DNA of 64,000 nucleotides from Ignavibacteriota bacterium (GTDB lineage Bacteria > Bacteroidota > Ignavibacteria > Palsa-1295), in the NCBI GenBank assembly GCA_963787835.1, contig CAWBEI010000002.1, forward strand, positions 992,001 through 1,056,000, written 5' to 3'. Positions within the stretch are counted from its first letter, which is position 1. The number at the start of each line of letters is the position of its first letter. A model generated the notes under the pieces. The model saw only the letters and a program-made list of their open reading frames with translations, had not been told where the DNA came from and ran no database searches. Shown here piece by piece: positions 1 through 10,231 of the stretch. The position numbers were made by a program, and so were the translations under genes.

Positions 1-797
1 CTGAACATTGGAGATCTCTCAAACCCGGTCGCAAGAATATCATGGGTCTTCGGCGAGGTGTGAGTTATCCAGCAACAAATGGAGTTTTCGTGACGCTGAA
101 CTGATCTTGACGAGAATGTGAATCTGGTATTATCTCCAAATTGTGCTTCAAGATTCGAAGTATCAATGGATTTCAGAGAAACGCGTGGTGGCGTACCTGT
201 CTTTAATCTGGCAGTATGGAGGCTAAGAGCTCCTTCAGGTTCTGTGCTGAGCATTGAAGCTTTTTCACCGAATCTCCCACCGGTTGCCTGCTGAAGTCCA
301 GTGTGCATTACTCCATTCAGGAACGTACCGGCGCAAATGATGACAGCCTTCGATCTAAGCATTTCTCCAGTTGAAAGAATGACCCCGGCAGCTTTTCCAT
401 CCTCAATTAAGATCTTATCTACGGAGCCTTCAAAAAGAATATTTGTATCAAGCTCTCGGAGCTTTCTTTGAGCAACGATCGGATATTGGCTTCGGCTTAC
501 CTGGCTTCTCGGTGACCACACTGCCGGACCCTTCGACATATTCAGCATTCTAAACTGCAGCGAGCATTCGTCTGTGATCTCGCCCATCAATCCGCCGAGA
601 GCATCTATCTCCTTCACCACCTGGCCTTTCGCTGTTCCACCCACAGCAGGGTTACAGGAGAGTGTTCCGACTTTTTCAGCAGACATTGAGACAAGCCGAA
701 CCTTCAACCCCATTTTATGGGCTGCATTGGCGGCTTCAATTCCTGCATGACCGCCGCCGATCACTAATATGTCTGCAAAGTGTTCCACGTGGAACAT
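1..797 (-). CDS. mnmG: tRNA uridine 5-carboxymethylaminomethyl modification enzyme MnmG/GidA, runs off the window edge
   Basis: Manual translation from ATG at 797: MFHVEHFADILVIGGGHAGIEAA...SCNPAVGGTAKGQVVKEIDALGG...SKGPAVWSPRSQ; follows mnmE. Confidence 0.95.
   Translation of the reverse strand, partial: MFHVEHFADILVIGGGHAGIEAANAAHKMGLKVRLVSMSAEKVGTLSCNPAVGGTAKGQVVKEIDALGGLMGEITDECSLQFRMLNMSKGPAVWSPRSQVSRSQYPIVAQRKLRELDTNILFEGSVDKILIEDGKAAGVILSTGEMLRSKAVIICAGTFLNGVMHTGLQQATGGRFGEKASMLSTEPEGALSLHTARLKTGTPPRVSLKSIDTSNLEAQFGDNTRFTFSSRSVQRHENSICCWITHTSPKTHDILATGFERSPMF
781..796. promoter_or_regulatory. parS centromere-like site
   Basis: Perfect palindrome TGTTCCACGTGGAACA matching the parS consensus, in an origin-proximal gene cluster. 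Confidence 0.88.
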
Positions 798-837
798 CGG
801 GAAAGTATGAATTATGAAGTATGAATTATGAAATTAG

Positions 838-2196
838 TCATTTACCAATACACATTTTGCCGAATATATAGTCAAGGCTATCGGAGTTGACGTTCATTCC
901 GAGCAACGATGATAGATCTGCAATGCAAGAACGCAAATCCTCTGCGAGTAATGCTGGCTCCAGATCAATAGATAACAATTTCAGTCTTGCTATTACAGAT
1001 TCCAGCTTCATTCTTTCGGAGCTATTTATGTTTATACGATTAAGATCCGAAGAGCGAGCTTTGAGCTCGTTCGAAAGCCAAACATGAAGTTCCTCAATGC
1101 CAGTACCTGTAAGAGCAGAAATATGAAGCGAATCCCGCCATCCATCGAGATCGATCTTATTATGAAGAAGAATGGCCTCATAATCTAAGAATGGTGTGCG
1201 ATCCGAGGGGTCCGTCACACGCAATGATATATCAGCATGACGGGCAGCATCCGAGCCAAGCGCGATCCCACGCTGCTCAAGCGTTTCTTCAGATGAACGA
1301 ATACCAGCGGTATCTACCAACTTAACACGGAATCCATCCACGTCGATGAAAGCCTCTACATAATCGCGGGTTGTGCCGGGGATATCACTTACAATACTAC
1401 GCTCAAAGTTAAGTAAAGCATTGAAAATACTGCTCTTACCGACATTCGGCGGGCCAGTCAGAGCAACAGTGAAATACCCGGCATTTTCACGACGGGTGGT
1501 GCTATCTCTCATCAGAGTTTCAAGTAAGGTAGTAACCTCATCCACACGAATAGTAAAATCCTTGATCTTGATCTGATCGGAATCACCAAAGTCGATCTCA
1601 GCATCGACCAATGCTATCAAGGCGATGAGCTTATCATAGACGCTACGCAATCGCGCAAATTTTTCGTAAATAGCAAGCTCGGCTCCGCGCAATTCTTGAC
1701 TGGAAGAGGAATTTGCCTTTGCTACGATAAGTTCGGCGTCCTCAAAGCTGATCTTGCCATTGAAGAATGCTCTTCGGGAAAACTCACCCGGCTCTGCCTC
1801 GCGAGCGCCCGCTGAAATGAGGGCTGAAAGCACCCGACGTTCGATCAACGGCGACCCATGCGAGGTGATCTCACATAGATCTTCGCCGGTAAATGACCGG
1901 GGGCTGCGGTAAATATGGATGACAACGTCATCAATAAATGCTCCTGGGGTAGCGTAAACTTTAGTTTGCGACTCCGCAGCCGGGTCGTAAACTGAAGTTT
2001 GGGGGACATCAGGGTTCTTAATAGCCGTATAGATCGAACTTCCTCCCCGAGCGACCCAGATCAATTCCGGCTCGCTAACGACATTTGCCACGATCCGAAT
2101 TGAATCCGGACCCGAAATACGCACAATACCAAGCGCCGACCGAGCTTCGGCGGTACTGATGGCAACGATGGTATCATGGAAATGACTGAGCGACAT
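838..2196 (-). CDS. mnmE: tRNA modification GTPase MnmE/TrmE
   Basis: DTIVAIST, GPPNVGKSS, PGTTRD, DTAG, NKID and C-terminal CIGK motifs. Confidence 0.96.
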   Translation of the reverse strand: MSLSHFHDTIVAISTAEARSALGIVRISGPDSIRIVANVVSEPELIWVARGGSSIYTAIKNPDVPQTSVYDPAAESQTKVYATPGAFIDDVVIHIYRSPRSFTGEDLCEITSHGSPLIERRVLSALISAGAREAEPGEFSRRAFFNGKISFEDAELIVAKANSSSSQELRGAELAIYEKFARLRSVYDKLIALIALVDAEIDFGDSDQIKIKDFTIRVDEVTTLLETLMRDSTTRRENAGYFTVALTGPPNVGKSSIFNALLNFERSIVSDIPGTTRDYVEAFIDVDGFRVKLVDTAGIRSSEETLEQRGIALGSDAARHADISLRVTDPSDRTPFLDYEAILLHNKIDLDGWRDSLHISALTGTGIEELHVWLSNELKARSSDLNRININSSERMKLESVIARLKLLSIDLEPALLAEDLRSCIADLSSLLGMNVNSDSLDYIFGKMCIGK

Positions 2197-2276
2197 GCAA
2201 AAGTGTTAAGTCTATCGGGCGAACTTTAGTTTGCCAATAGCCTTTACAAATGGTAACATTTTACTCTCGGCATATT

Positions 2277-2861
2277 ATGAAAACACGTTATCTCTTTCTA
2301 CTACTCTCGCTTGCAACTGGTGCGGGTTGTTCTCCGTCAACCAGTTCCAACTCAAGTTCAAGCTTCACGAATACCGATGCAGCCCAAATGGGGAATGTCT
2401 CCGGAATCTATGAGCTCTCAAATTACGGTACCGTAGGATCGTGGACAGGTGTGGATATCAAATGGAAGAATTCTCAAGGTAACATTCAGGCACTTTCGGG
2501 ATATTCCGGCAAACCGGTGCTGCTTTCGTTTTGGGCAACAACACCTGTAGCTGCGGCGGCTGAAGAATCAACATTAGATTCCGTCCAAAAAGATTTGGGC
2601 GATAGCGTTGGAATCGTTACCGTTGGCGAGAACAACAACTTTCAGACCTTTTATAACTATGCCACAGCGAATAAGATCACTGTGCAGATCGTCGTCGATA
2701 GCTTAGAACTAACAAATGATCAGTATGCCGCAATGGCTAATAGTAATGTTGTATGGCCAGAAACATTTGTATTAAAACCGAACGGTACTGCCATGATCGC
2801 CGAGGAAGGTTATGTAACGGAGCACGCGCTCGATAGCCTCGTGCGGGCGGCGTATCATTAA
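2277..2861 (+). CDS. TlpA/redoxin-fold lipoprotein lacking CxxC
   Basis: Lipobox (GAGC); GKPVLLSFWAT and WPETFVL motifs of the TlpA family; active-site cysteines absent; start assumed at MKTRY. Confidence 0.6.
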   Translation: MKTRYLFLLLSLATGAGCSPSTSSNSSSSFTNTDAAQMGNVSGIYELSNYGTVGSWTGVDIKWKNSQGNIQALSGYSGKPVLLSFWATTPVAAAAEESTLDSVQKDLGDSVGIVTVGENNNFQTFYNYATANKITVQIVVDSLELTNDQYAAMANSNVVWPETFVLKPNGTAMIAEEGYVTEHALDSLVRAAYH

Positions 2862-2868
2862 ACGAGAT

Positions 2869-3132
2869 CTACCACTCCCGTTTATGCCGTAGTTCCCACT
2901 CCTGTTTCAGCAACGAAGCGCGTGTCGCTTTTATAATTTGCTTTTGTTCCCATCGCCGACGCATACGTGTGGTGGACGCGATAATCGAAAGGATTGCCGC
3001 GATCGCTATAATGCTATATTCGATCCAGCGATAGTTGTGCCGAAATAAGTGAAGCCCAGCAAGCACAATAACGATCGCAACAAGCAACAGCGAAATCGTA
3101 CTCATCCATTTTGTAGTCATTTTTGAAATCAT
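2869..3132 (-). CDS. small hypothetical membrane protein
   Basis: Two hydrophobic helices and a basic tail; ATGA overlap with the yidD stop. Confidence 0.6.
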   Translation of the reverse strand: MISKMTTKWMSTISLLLVAIVIVLAGLHLFRHNYRWIEYSIIAIAAILSIIASTTRMRRRWEQKQIIKATRASLLKQEWELRHKREW

Positions 3133-3338
3133 GGGACTGGGTCGTACCCTCCTTTATGCAAAGGATGGCAGCGCCCGATGCGTTTCATTCCCATCCATCC
3201 GCCTTTGAATATCCCATATTTTGTAATGGCTTGCGCCATGTATTCCGAACACGTCGGCGTGTATCGGCATGAAGCCGGAAAGAGCGGCGAAAGTAGCTGC
3301 TGATACAGGTGAATGAGAAAGATAAAAATGGAGCGCAT
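3129..3338 (-). CDS. yidD: membrane protein insertion efficiency factor YidD
   Basis: [10 protein letters not shown]...RIGRCHP...GGYDPVP signature; follows rnpA. Confidence 0.95.
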   Translation of the reverse strand: MRSIFIFLIHLYQQLLSPLFPASCRYTPTCSEYMAQAITKYGIFKGGWMGMKRIGRCHPLHKGGYDPVP

Positions 3339-3376
3339 CGACAGAGTACCGAGTGAATGAGTAACGAGTACCGAGT

Positions 3377-3778
3377 TCAGACTCGTTTCTTCAAAAGCAA
3401 ACTGATGTGTTCTGTCTCTTCAAGAATCTGTGCCCACTGTACCTCCCGGATCGGCTTTGAGACACGCATCATCACCAGCAATTGCTCGCTGTGGGAGGAA
3501 AGCTCTGTTTCGAGCGTGGCAAATTCAGGAACTTCCGTTATGGCTGCGCGGAGCCATCGTTTTATTTTATTGCGATCGTGCGCGCGCTTGTAGGAGCGTT
3601 TTGGGGCAAGCAAGAGAAATCTGGTTGCACTTTCACCTTCCGGCAAAGTGCGTTTCGCCCAAGCACATTCTATAATGGAATTTTGACCGAGACGAATCCA
3701 CTTGCGGTTTGCGAAGAACCAATCGAGCGTGTCACGCCCGCTTAAAGAATGGTTACGACCAACGCTTAAGCGTTTCAA
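3377..3778 (-). CDS. rnpA: ribonuclease P protein component
   Basis: [14 protein letters not shown] (RNR motif); lies between rpmH and yidD. Confidence 0.9.
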   Translation of the reverse strand: MKRLSVGRNHSLSGRDTLDWFFANRKWIRLGQNSIIECAWAKRTLPEGESATRFLLLAPKRSYKRAHDRNKIKRWLRAAITEVPEFATLETELSSHSEQLLVMMRVSKPIREVQWAQILEETEHISLLLKKRV

Positions 3779-3877
3779 TTAAAAATTAAGAATTAAAAAT
3801 TAAGAATTGGGATGAATCCAAGCGATTCGGAAATCCTATGCCCTAACTCTTAATTCTTAATTGTTAATTCTTAATTT

Positions 3878-4030
3878 TTACTTTCCGCGCTCGTCGGAGA
3901 CGGTCAGCTTATGCCGGCCTTTGGCACGGCGGGAGGCGAGCACGCGGCGGCCATTTTTTGTGCCCATACGCGAGCGAAATCCGTGTTTGTTGGCGCGCTT
4001 ACGGCGGCTGGGTTGGTAGGTACGTTTCAT
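3878..4030 (-). CDS. rpmH: 50S ribosomal protein L34 (absent from the ORF track)
   Basis: Manual translation [50 protein letters not shown]. Confidence 0.97.
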   Translation of the reverse strand: MKRTYQPSRRKRANKHGFRSRMGTKNGRRVLASRRAKGRHKLTVSDERGK

Positions 4031-4106
4031 TTGCGGTGTGTTCTAAGTGGCGCGGCTAACAGCTTTGGGGCAAAGAATGGTTCTAACAAAAACCATTAAC
4101 ATTCCA

Positions 4107-4898
4107 CTACGGAATACTAAATTGCACCGTGTTCGCGGGGTACTGTCCAAAGTAGGGGTAGATCTTCTTCCCCGTCGAATCGTAACTGGCGAAAACATAT
4201 TTTCCCTGATACGGAGAGGCGAAAGCCGTGCAAAATACCTGCGTTCCCGAAGGAAATGTGCTATGCACAAGCTGGGGCTCCACGCTTATCTTAATAGTGC
4301 TGTCGGCTACATTTCCTATTTGCTCATAGACGAGTTGGTAGGATGATGGAACATTCGGGTCAATACCGCGCTCCGTCGAGAGGTAAAGATACACCGTCCC
4401 AAGCGATGGCAAATACGATTTCTGCGACGATAGACGAACCCAGACATCCTGCCCAAGCGAGGCGTCGGAGTCCAGGCGAACGCTATCGATCGTCGCCTGT
4501 ATCCAGGATTGCGGATAGATGTGTATCACATTCTGCGAAGAAACGGGATCTGGCTCCGTTACCGGATATAACGATGGTACAAATCCTTTGAAATTCGCAT
4601 CGATCGTATAATTCCCCGCCGGCAGGGAATCGAAGAAGAACGTACCCGAAAGGCCCGTATATGCTTTGTAGGATCTCGGGCCGCTGATGGCAATGCTGTC
4701 ATCCGTTGCTGCGATCCATACGACGGTGTCGTATCCGGATTGATCGGTGACGACTTGCACCACCGACCCCACTATCGAATAATAAGTGGCCGTCTTCTTC
4801 GTGCTATCGATAGGAGATGTGCTGGGCGCAGTGCTGGAATGGCTGCATCCAAGGAATAACGCTATTGGAATGGCGAATAAAATGGTAAAATATCTCAT
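4107..4898 (-). CDS. lipoprotein with carboxypeptidase-regulatory-like domain
   Basis: MRYFTILF...FLGC lipobox; TGLSGTFFFDSLPAGNYTIDA motif. Confidence 0.65.
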   Translation of the reverse strand: MRYFTILFAIPIALFLGCSHSSTAPSTSPIDSTKKTATYYSIVGSVVQVVTDQSGYDTVVWIAATDDSIAISGPRSYKAYTGLSGTFFFDSLPAGNYTIDANFKGFVPSLYPVTEPDPVSSQNVIHIYPQSWIQATIDSVRLDSDASLGQDVWVRLSSQKSYLPSLGTVYLYLSTERGIDPNVPSSYQLVYEQIGNVADSTIKISVEPQLVHSTFPSGTQVFCTAFASPYQGKYVFASYDSTGKKIYPYFGQYPANTVQFSIP

Positions 4899-5191
4899 AA
4901 TGATGCGTAATGTGGACGGATGGAGCGACACGAAGACACCCCAATCCGTCACATAAACAATCTCCGAATTTGGAAATTGTTACATCGCTGAATGTGCGAA
5001 ACCCGCCGAAGGCACAAGCCAAGCTAAGTAAAATATGCTTCCTCCAGAAATAGGTGCCATTTCTTTTTCTTGCTGAGTTCCCGATACTCGTTGCTCCTCC
5101 CTCGTTTCCGGGCCAATTTCGCCATTTGTTCCAACAGGTATTCATAAAAGTCCCTTCACAGAGAACTCGTTCATAATGAAACCTATCGCCG

Positions 5192-5625
5192 CCATTTTCA
5201 ATGAGCCACTGAGCACCTATTCTTAATTCTCAATTCTTAATTGAAAATTGATATATGTGCCTATCATCTCACCACCTAATATACGACACTTTTCCGAGTC
5301 GCCACCAAATTCGAAATTTTCTTTTGGCCACTCCTACGGATAACACAAGCCGTGTCTCGGGAGCCGTGTCTCGGGAAGAGGCGCTTCTTAGACCCGAAGG
5401 GACGGAGTACCCGCAGCCCAGGGTGAAGTCCGCCGCGGCGGACGGAACCCTGGGTAACGGAATATGAACAGGAAGTTATAGCCCTGAAAGGGCGATGTTA
5501 GCCGTGCGGCATTTACTCCGTCCTTGCAGGACTATGGGAACCACAAGGGCATCTATACCTGGGGTTCCGTCCGCCGCGGCGGACTCCACCCCAGGCTGCG
5601 AGTACTCCATCGCGCCGCGACTAAA
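5192..5625. repeat. composite repeat (conserved ~140-bp element plus REP-like palindrome cluster), left copy
   Basis: Reverse complement of 18650-19130; shares GTGCCTATCATCTCACCACCTAATATACGACACTTTTCCG, GCAGCCCAGGGTG, GGAACCCTGGGT and GCCCTGAAAGGGCG. Confidence 0.85.
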
Positions 5626-5695
5626 ACAATCCTGAAAATCCAGTGAATTATGGCCCATTTTTCCCGCCCGCCACCAAATTCGGAATTTCTCCTAA

Positions 5696-5815
5696 CGTAG
5701 GGCCGTGCTGCGCACGTCCGCCCACGGGGAATTAGGAGAGCAATTATGATGTATATTCAAACGGGAACGACCGACAACGGGGAAGGGCGCGCGTCCGCCG
5801 CGGCGGATCCCTACG
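5696..5815. repeat. GTAG-type REP doublet
   Basis: CGTAGGGCCGTGCTGCGCACGTCC ... inverted end ATCCCTACG. Confidence 0.6.
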
Positions 5816-5867
5816 AACCTACCGACATGCGTTCCCCGGTCCGGGAATCATCATAAATTGTTAGGGT

Positions 5868-6956
5868 ATGAAAAAAATTGCTGTTGGTTTCTTGACGATC
5901 TTGCTGTGCACTGCCACATCTCTGCATGCGCAATTGAACAATGGAACGGACGTGCGCAGCACGTCCTTACGGACGGAACAACCGACAGGCGTACCACAAA
6001 ATGTCAGTTTGGATGCAAGGGGGACGGACGTGCGCAGCACGTCCCTACGGATGGAACAACCGACAGGCGTACCACAAAATGTCAGTTTGGATGTAAGGGG
6101 GACTATTCCTTTATCTACCCAAAACGATACTTCCTCTTGTGCTTCAACTTTATACCTTGGTGAAGAGTACGAAACAGACGGCAATTTCCAGGCTGAAGAG
6201 GATACACTAAAATATTTCATTGAACAGTGTTTTGCACAACCCTTTTCTTACCAAGCGTTTGGGTATATTGATAATGCCGTCGAACAAATTTATCCCGATA
6301 ACATTACCGACAATCAAAGGTTCTTTGATCTAAGGAATTGGCTCTTTAGCGTGCTGTATCTCAATACAGACACTAATTATTATTGCGGAGATGCTGATGC
6401 ATTATTAACCACCTTCGCATATCGTTTAGGATCACGCGGTGTTGACTTCAAGGGGGAGGAGGCAGTGGAACAATACCTTATCGAGTCCGGTAAATGTCCG
6501 CATCTTGTTTCGCTTTTCCAAACGCAAATAAAAGAATTGCGACAACAGATATATTTGTCTTGGAAGGATACCGTGCAAGATTCTCTTACCACACCATTTG
6601 ATACCACGCTTCCAACTCTGCAGCAAATTGGCTTCCAAGCTTTGTTGGGACCAGAATACGCCGCTGTCCATAATGGAATAATCCCAACAAGTGTTTTAGG
6701 CAAAATTGGTATTGCCCCTAACCCATTTATTGATAACACTGTAGTTGATTACACACTAAACGTTCCAGCTACTCTTACCGTTGAAGTTTTTAACGCGCTT
6801 GGAGAAAGAGTCGCTGCACCCGTTCCCTCAGTTTTTACCAACAACGGGGATTATTCGCTGACTGTATCCGGCAGTGCTCTGGCTTCGGGAACGTATTATG
6901 TTCGATTTGCAGTGCCAGAAGGAGAAGTACGAACCATCATGATCACGAAGCAATGA
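5868..6956 (+). CDS. secreted protein with T9SS type A C-terminal sorting domain
   Basis: Signal peptide; IAPNPF...VEVFNALGERV...LASGTYYVR C-terminus. Confidence 0.85.
   Translation: MKKIAVGFLTILLCTATSLHAQLNNGTDVRSTSLRTEQPTGVPQNVSLDARGTDVRSTSLRMEQPTGVPQNVSLDVRGTIPLSTQNDTSSCASTLYLGEEYETDGNFQAEEDTLKYFIEQCFAQPFSYQAFGYIDNAVEQIYPDNITDNQRFFDLRNWLFSVLYLNTDTNYYCGDADALLTTFAYRLGSRGVDFKGEEAVEQYLIESGKCPHLVSLFQTQIKELRQQIYLSWKDTVQDSLTTPFDTTLPTLQQIGFQALLGPEYAAVHNGIIPTSVLGKIGIAPNPFIDNTVVDYTLNVPATLTVEVFNALGERVAAPVPSVFTNNGDYSLTVSGSALASGTYYVRFAVPEGEVRTIMITKQ
5943..6103 (+). repeat. 78-bp in-frame tandem duplication containing a REP palindrome
   Basis: GTDVRSTSLRxEQPTGVPQNVSLD occurs twice; each unit contains GGACGTGCGCAGCACGTCC. 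Confidence 0.9.
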
Positions 6957-7927
6957 AAATTCGACATCTTAGTTTAGTATATTCTGCAGTGTTGGTGTTA
7001 GAAGCTCTCTTGCTTCTTACACCATCGGGCAAAGCATTGGCACAATCAGAAGCGGAGCGCAGACTGGCGCTCCGCTTCGTGCCACACTATTCTTCCCCTT
7101 TGAAAACAGACAGCATTTCGGTGTGTCAATACCAATTGAATGAGGGATCTGCCTATCAGGATAGCTCGGATTTTATGCCTCAAAATATGGTATGGCCTCT
7201 GCGATGCTATGATACACTTCAGAACATGGTGGAACAGTGCACCAGCTTCCCCGACGCATATTATGCTTTTAGTTACATGATCAATGCTGCCGACGCTCTG
7301 GATCGCATTACCATGGATACAAGCTGGACATATAATTACCGCTTATGGCTGGAGTCTGTACTTTATACTAATACAGCAGACTCTGAGTATTTTTGTGCGG
7401 ATGTAAGAACGATCGTAGCAACCTTTTATGACATAAATCAGAATGTGGCGATCTTGCGGTGGTTAGAACAAAATACGGATTGCGATTCAGAAGGAGTGCG
7501 TCAAGAAGACTCAACTTTACGCGCCGTCCAACTTGCAAATTGGAAGGAAGGCGATACCACAATTCCTCTCGATACTACACTACCGTCCATGCATGACCTT
7601 GGTCTTGATACTGCTTTAGATAAGCACCTTCTCTCAATGGTAAGTGGTGCACAGCAGTATAGTATTCTTTCAAACGCGACCGCTAATCCCAACCCTATAT
7701 CTTCGGGAACCGTAATTTCTTTCAGCATCAGCAAAGAGGCTTATGTAAAGATCGAGCTTTTCGATGTGCTGGGTAAGCAGGCATCCTCTTATGGGTATGA
7801 AAGCCTGTTCGAACCGGGGAATAAATCGGTTTCCTTCTCACTTGCCGGGCTTCCTTCGGGCACTTACTACGCCCGCATCATCACAGCGTACGGCGAAGTG
7901 CAAACCGTAAAATTGGTGAAGGAATAA
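6953..7927 (+). CDS. secreted T9SS-CTD protein, paralog of the upstream gene
   Basis: Shared WLxSVLYxNT..YxCxD and DTTLP motifs; ANPNP...LPSGTYY CTD. Confidence 0.85.
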   Translation: MKIRHLSLVYSAVLVLEALLLLTPSGKALAQSEAERRLALRFVPHYSSPLKTDSISVCQYQLNEGSAYQDSSDFMPQNMVWPLRCYDTLQNMVEQCTSFPDAYYAFSYMINAADALDRITMDTSWTYNYRLWLESVLYTNTADSEYFCADVRTIVATFYDINQNVAILRWLEQNTDCDSEGVRQEDSTLRAVQLANWKEGDTTIPLDTTLPSMHDLGLDTALDKHLLSMVSGAQQYSILSNATANPNPISSGTVISFSISKEAYVKIELFDVLGKQASSYGYESLFEPGNKSVSFSLAGLPSGTYYARIITAYGEVQTVKLVKE

Positions 7928-7952
7928 ACTCACAACTGGTTATGCAGGCAAT

Positions 7953-7984
7953 ACACCTCTCCCACAAAAGGGAGAGGTGTTTTT
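7953..7984 (+). terminator. intrinsic terminator
   Basis: ACACCTCTCCC-6nt-GGGAGAGGTGT stem followed by a T run. Confidence 0.7.
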
Positions 7985-8068
7985 GTATCCGCGTGGGTGA
8001 AGCGCTGCGGCTCCATCCACGCCAGAATTGTGTTTGCTGAAACGCCCATAAGGGGGTTGTAATCCTGC

Positions 8069-10231
8069 ATGATAAAAGCAATTTTGTTCGCACTCGTCCT
8101 TATTGCCGCATTCGCCGGCATTATAATCAATAGCAAACGGCTGACCGATTTCCTCCGGCTCGGCAAATGGACGAACCGGTTCGACCACCCCAATCAGCGC
8201 ATCAAGCGTGTCTTCGGCATTGCGATCGGGCAATCCAAGATCTTCCGCGATCCTGTAGCGGGTCCCATCCATGCGTTCATCTTCTGGGGATTTCTGGTCT
8301 TGATCTTCGCGGTGATCGAGTCCATCGGTGAGGGATTATCGGGCGGGCATTTCTCACTTTCATTTTTGGGGCCTGTCTATGCCGTTATCACTGCTTCGCA
8401 GGATGCATTTATTGTACTTGTCGTCCTTTCCGTCATTGGAGCCTTATGGCGCCGCTTCATCACTCATGTTAAACGATTAGAAGGCGATGCGCACGAAAAA
8501 TTGGATGCAACGCTCATTCTGGTTCTCATTCTCATCATTGTGTGCTCGCTCACGATAGATAACGCCGCGCGCATTGCGATGCATGGCGGATACCCGCATG
8601 AAGCTCACTGGCTTGCTGCACTCATCGCACCGATGTTTGTGGGAACTGCATTTGCTTCCATTATTTACGAGACTTCGTGGTGGATCCATATTGTAACTGT
8701 GCTCGGCTTTATGAATTATCTGCCGTATTCGAAGCATCTGCATGTTATTACGTCACTACCGAATGTGTATTTCTCCGATCTAAAACGGAAGAACTATCTC
8801 AAGCCGATAAACTTCGAAGATGAGACCATTACCAAATACGGCGCAAGTGACATCGAAGACCTCACATGGAAACAGCTCCTCGATGGCGATACCTGCACCC
8901 ATTGCGGACGCTGCACTGCCGTCTGCCCAGCGAATATCACAGGAAAAATTCTCGACCCACGAAAAATTATCATTGCCACACATGCCCGGATGCTCGATAA
9001 AGCTCCCTATCTCACAGCGCAAGGTGCGTATGGATTTAGCTCGTGGTCCGGAGAGATCGTTAAGGCACAGGTTGCATCGAATGGAAATCCGAGTGGCGAT
9101 GAAGTGGTCACTCCGCAAGATCATTCATTAGATCATCCGCAGGGAATGCTTCTCTTTCAGAAGCCGAAAATGAAGCGGGAGGAAGTAGAGTCGAAGAAAT
9201 TCGTTGGCGATTACATTCCCGAAGAAATGCTCTGGCAGTGCACCACCTGCCAGGCCTGCATGACCGAATGCCCCGTCACGATCGAGCATGTCGATGAGAT
9301 CATCGACTTACGCCGTAATCTGGTGATGATGGAATCGAGCTTTCCGAGCGAGCTTCAGCCCGCGTTCGGCAACATGGAGAATAATTTCTCGCCCTGGGCA
9401 TTTTCGCCAAGCGAGCGCGGCGATTGGGCAGAAGGGATGGGGATTAAAACAATGGCAGAGAGCGCCCTCCCCCAACCCCTCCCGCAAGCGGGAGGGGAGC
9501 AAGCCTCCCCGATTCTGTTCTGGGTAGGATGCGCGGGTTCCTACGACCAACGGGCTAAAAATATTACAAAAGCGTTTGCGGAGCTAATGCAACTTGCGGA
9601 AATAGATTTTCGCATTCTCGGCAATGAAGAAAAATGCACCGGCGACCCCGCGCGAAGAATGGGCAATGAATATCTCGCGCAAATGCTCATTAAGGAAAAT
9701 GTCGAGACGCTGAACCGGTATAAGATAACGAAAGTCGTTACGACGTGCCCACATTGCTTCAATGCTATCAAAAATGAGTGGAAGGATTTTGATGGACATT
9801 ACGAAGTGCAGCACCATACCGAGTTCATCAAGGAGCTGTTAGATACCGGACGCATCAAACCGACAAAGGAATTGCTCGAACGCGCGACCTATCACGACTC
9901 CTGCTATCTCGGCCGCTCGAATGACATATACGACGCGCCGCGCAACGCGCTCGAAAGCATTCCCGGACTCGACATCGTAGAAATGGATCGTTCCCACTCC
10001 AAAGGAATGTGCTGCGGCGCCGGCGGCGGACAAATGTGGATGGAAGAAAAAGCCGGTAAGCGCATTAATATCGAGCGCACGGAGCAGGCGTTATCCACCG
10101 GCGCAAAGGTTGTTGCCAGCGCCTGCCCCTTCTGCATGACGATGCTCACCGATGGCGTAAAAGCAAAAGGAGAAACTGATAATGTTAGGGTGCGCGATAT
10201 TGCGGAGATCGTTCTGGAGGCAGTGAAATAA
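8069..10231 (+). CDS. membrane-bound Fe-S oxidoreductase (FadF/HdrD-like: TM region, 2x4Fe-4S, CCG domains)
   Basis: CTHCGRCTAVCP, CTTCQACMTECP, CTGD, CPHC, YHDSC, CCGAGGG and CPFC motifs. Confidence 0.9.
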   Translation: MIKAILFALVLIAAFAGIIINSKRLTDFLRLGKWTNRFDHPNQRIKRVFGIAIGQSKIFRDPVAGPIHAFIFWGFLVLIFAVIESIGEGLSGGHFSLSFLGPVYAVITASQDAFIVLVVLSVIGALWRRFITHVKRLEGDAHEKLDATLILVLILIIVCSLTIDNAARIAMHGGYPHEAHWLAALIAPMFVGTAFASIIYETSWWIHIVTVLGFMNYLPYSKHLHVITSLPNVYFSDLKRKNYLKPINFEDETITKYGASDIEDLTWKQLLDGDTCTHCGRCTAVCPANITGKILDPRKIIIATHARMLDKAPYLTAQGAYGFSSWSGEIVKAQVASNGNPSGDEVVTPQDHSLDHPQGMLLFQKPKMKREEVESKKFVGDYIPEEMLWQCTTCQACMTECPVTIEHVDEIIDLRRNLVMMESSFPSELQPAFGNMENNFSPWAFSPSERGDWAEGMGIKTMAESALPQPLPQAGGEQASPILFWVGCAGSYDQRAKNITKAFAELMQLAEIDFRILGNEEKCTGDPARRMGNEYLAQMLIKENVETLNRYKITKVVTTCPHCFNAIKNEWKDFDGHYEVQHHTEFIKELLDTGRIKPTKELLERATYHDSCYLGRSNDIYDAPRNALESIPGLDIVEMDRSHSKGMCCGAGGGQMWMEEKAGKRINIERTEQALSTGAKVVASACPFCMTMLTDGVKAKGETDNVRVRDIAEIVLEAVK

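Noticed and set aside
5025-5195. Possible small minus-strand ORF (YEYLLEQMAKLARKRG...) needing a frameshift
   Set aside because: Requires assuming a homopolymer error and has no recognisable motif.
5255-5658. Short ORFs in the repeat regions (also 18553-19223)
   Set aside because: Translations of REP-like palindromes; their similarity is explained at DNA level.
5943-6103. Possible CRISPR array
   Set aside because: Only two units, with near-identical rather than unique spacers, inside a CDS; no cas genes in the window.
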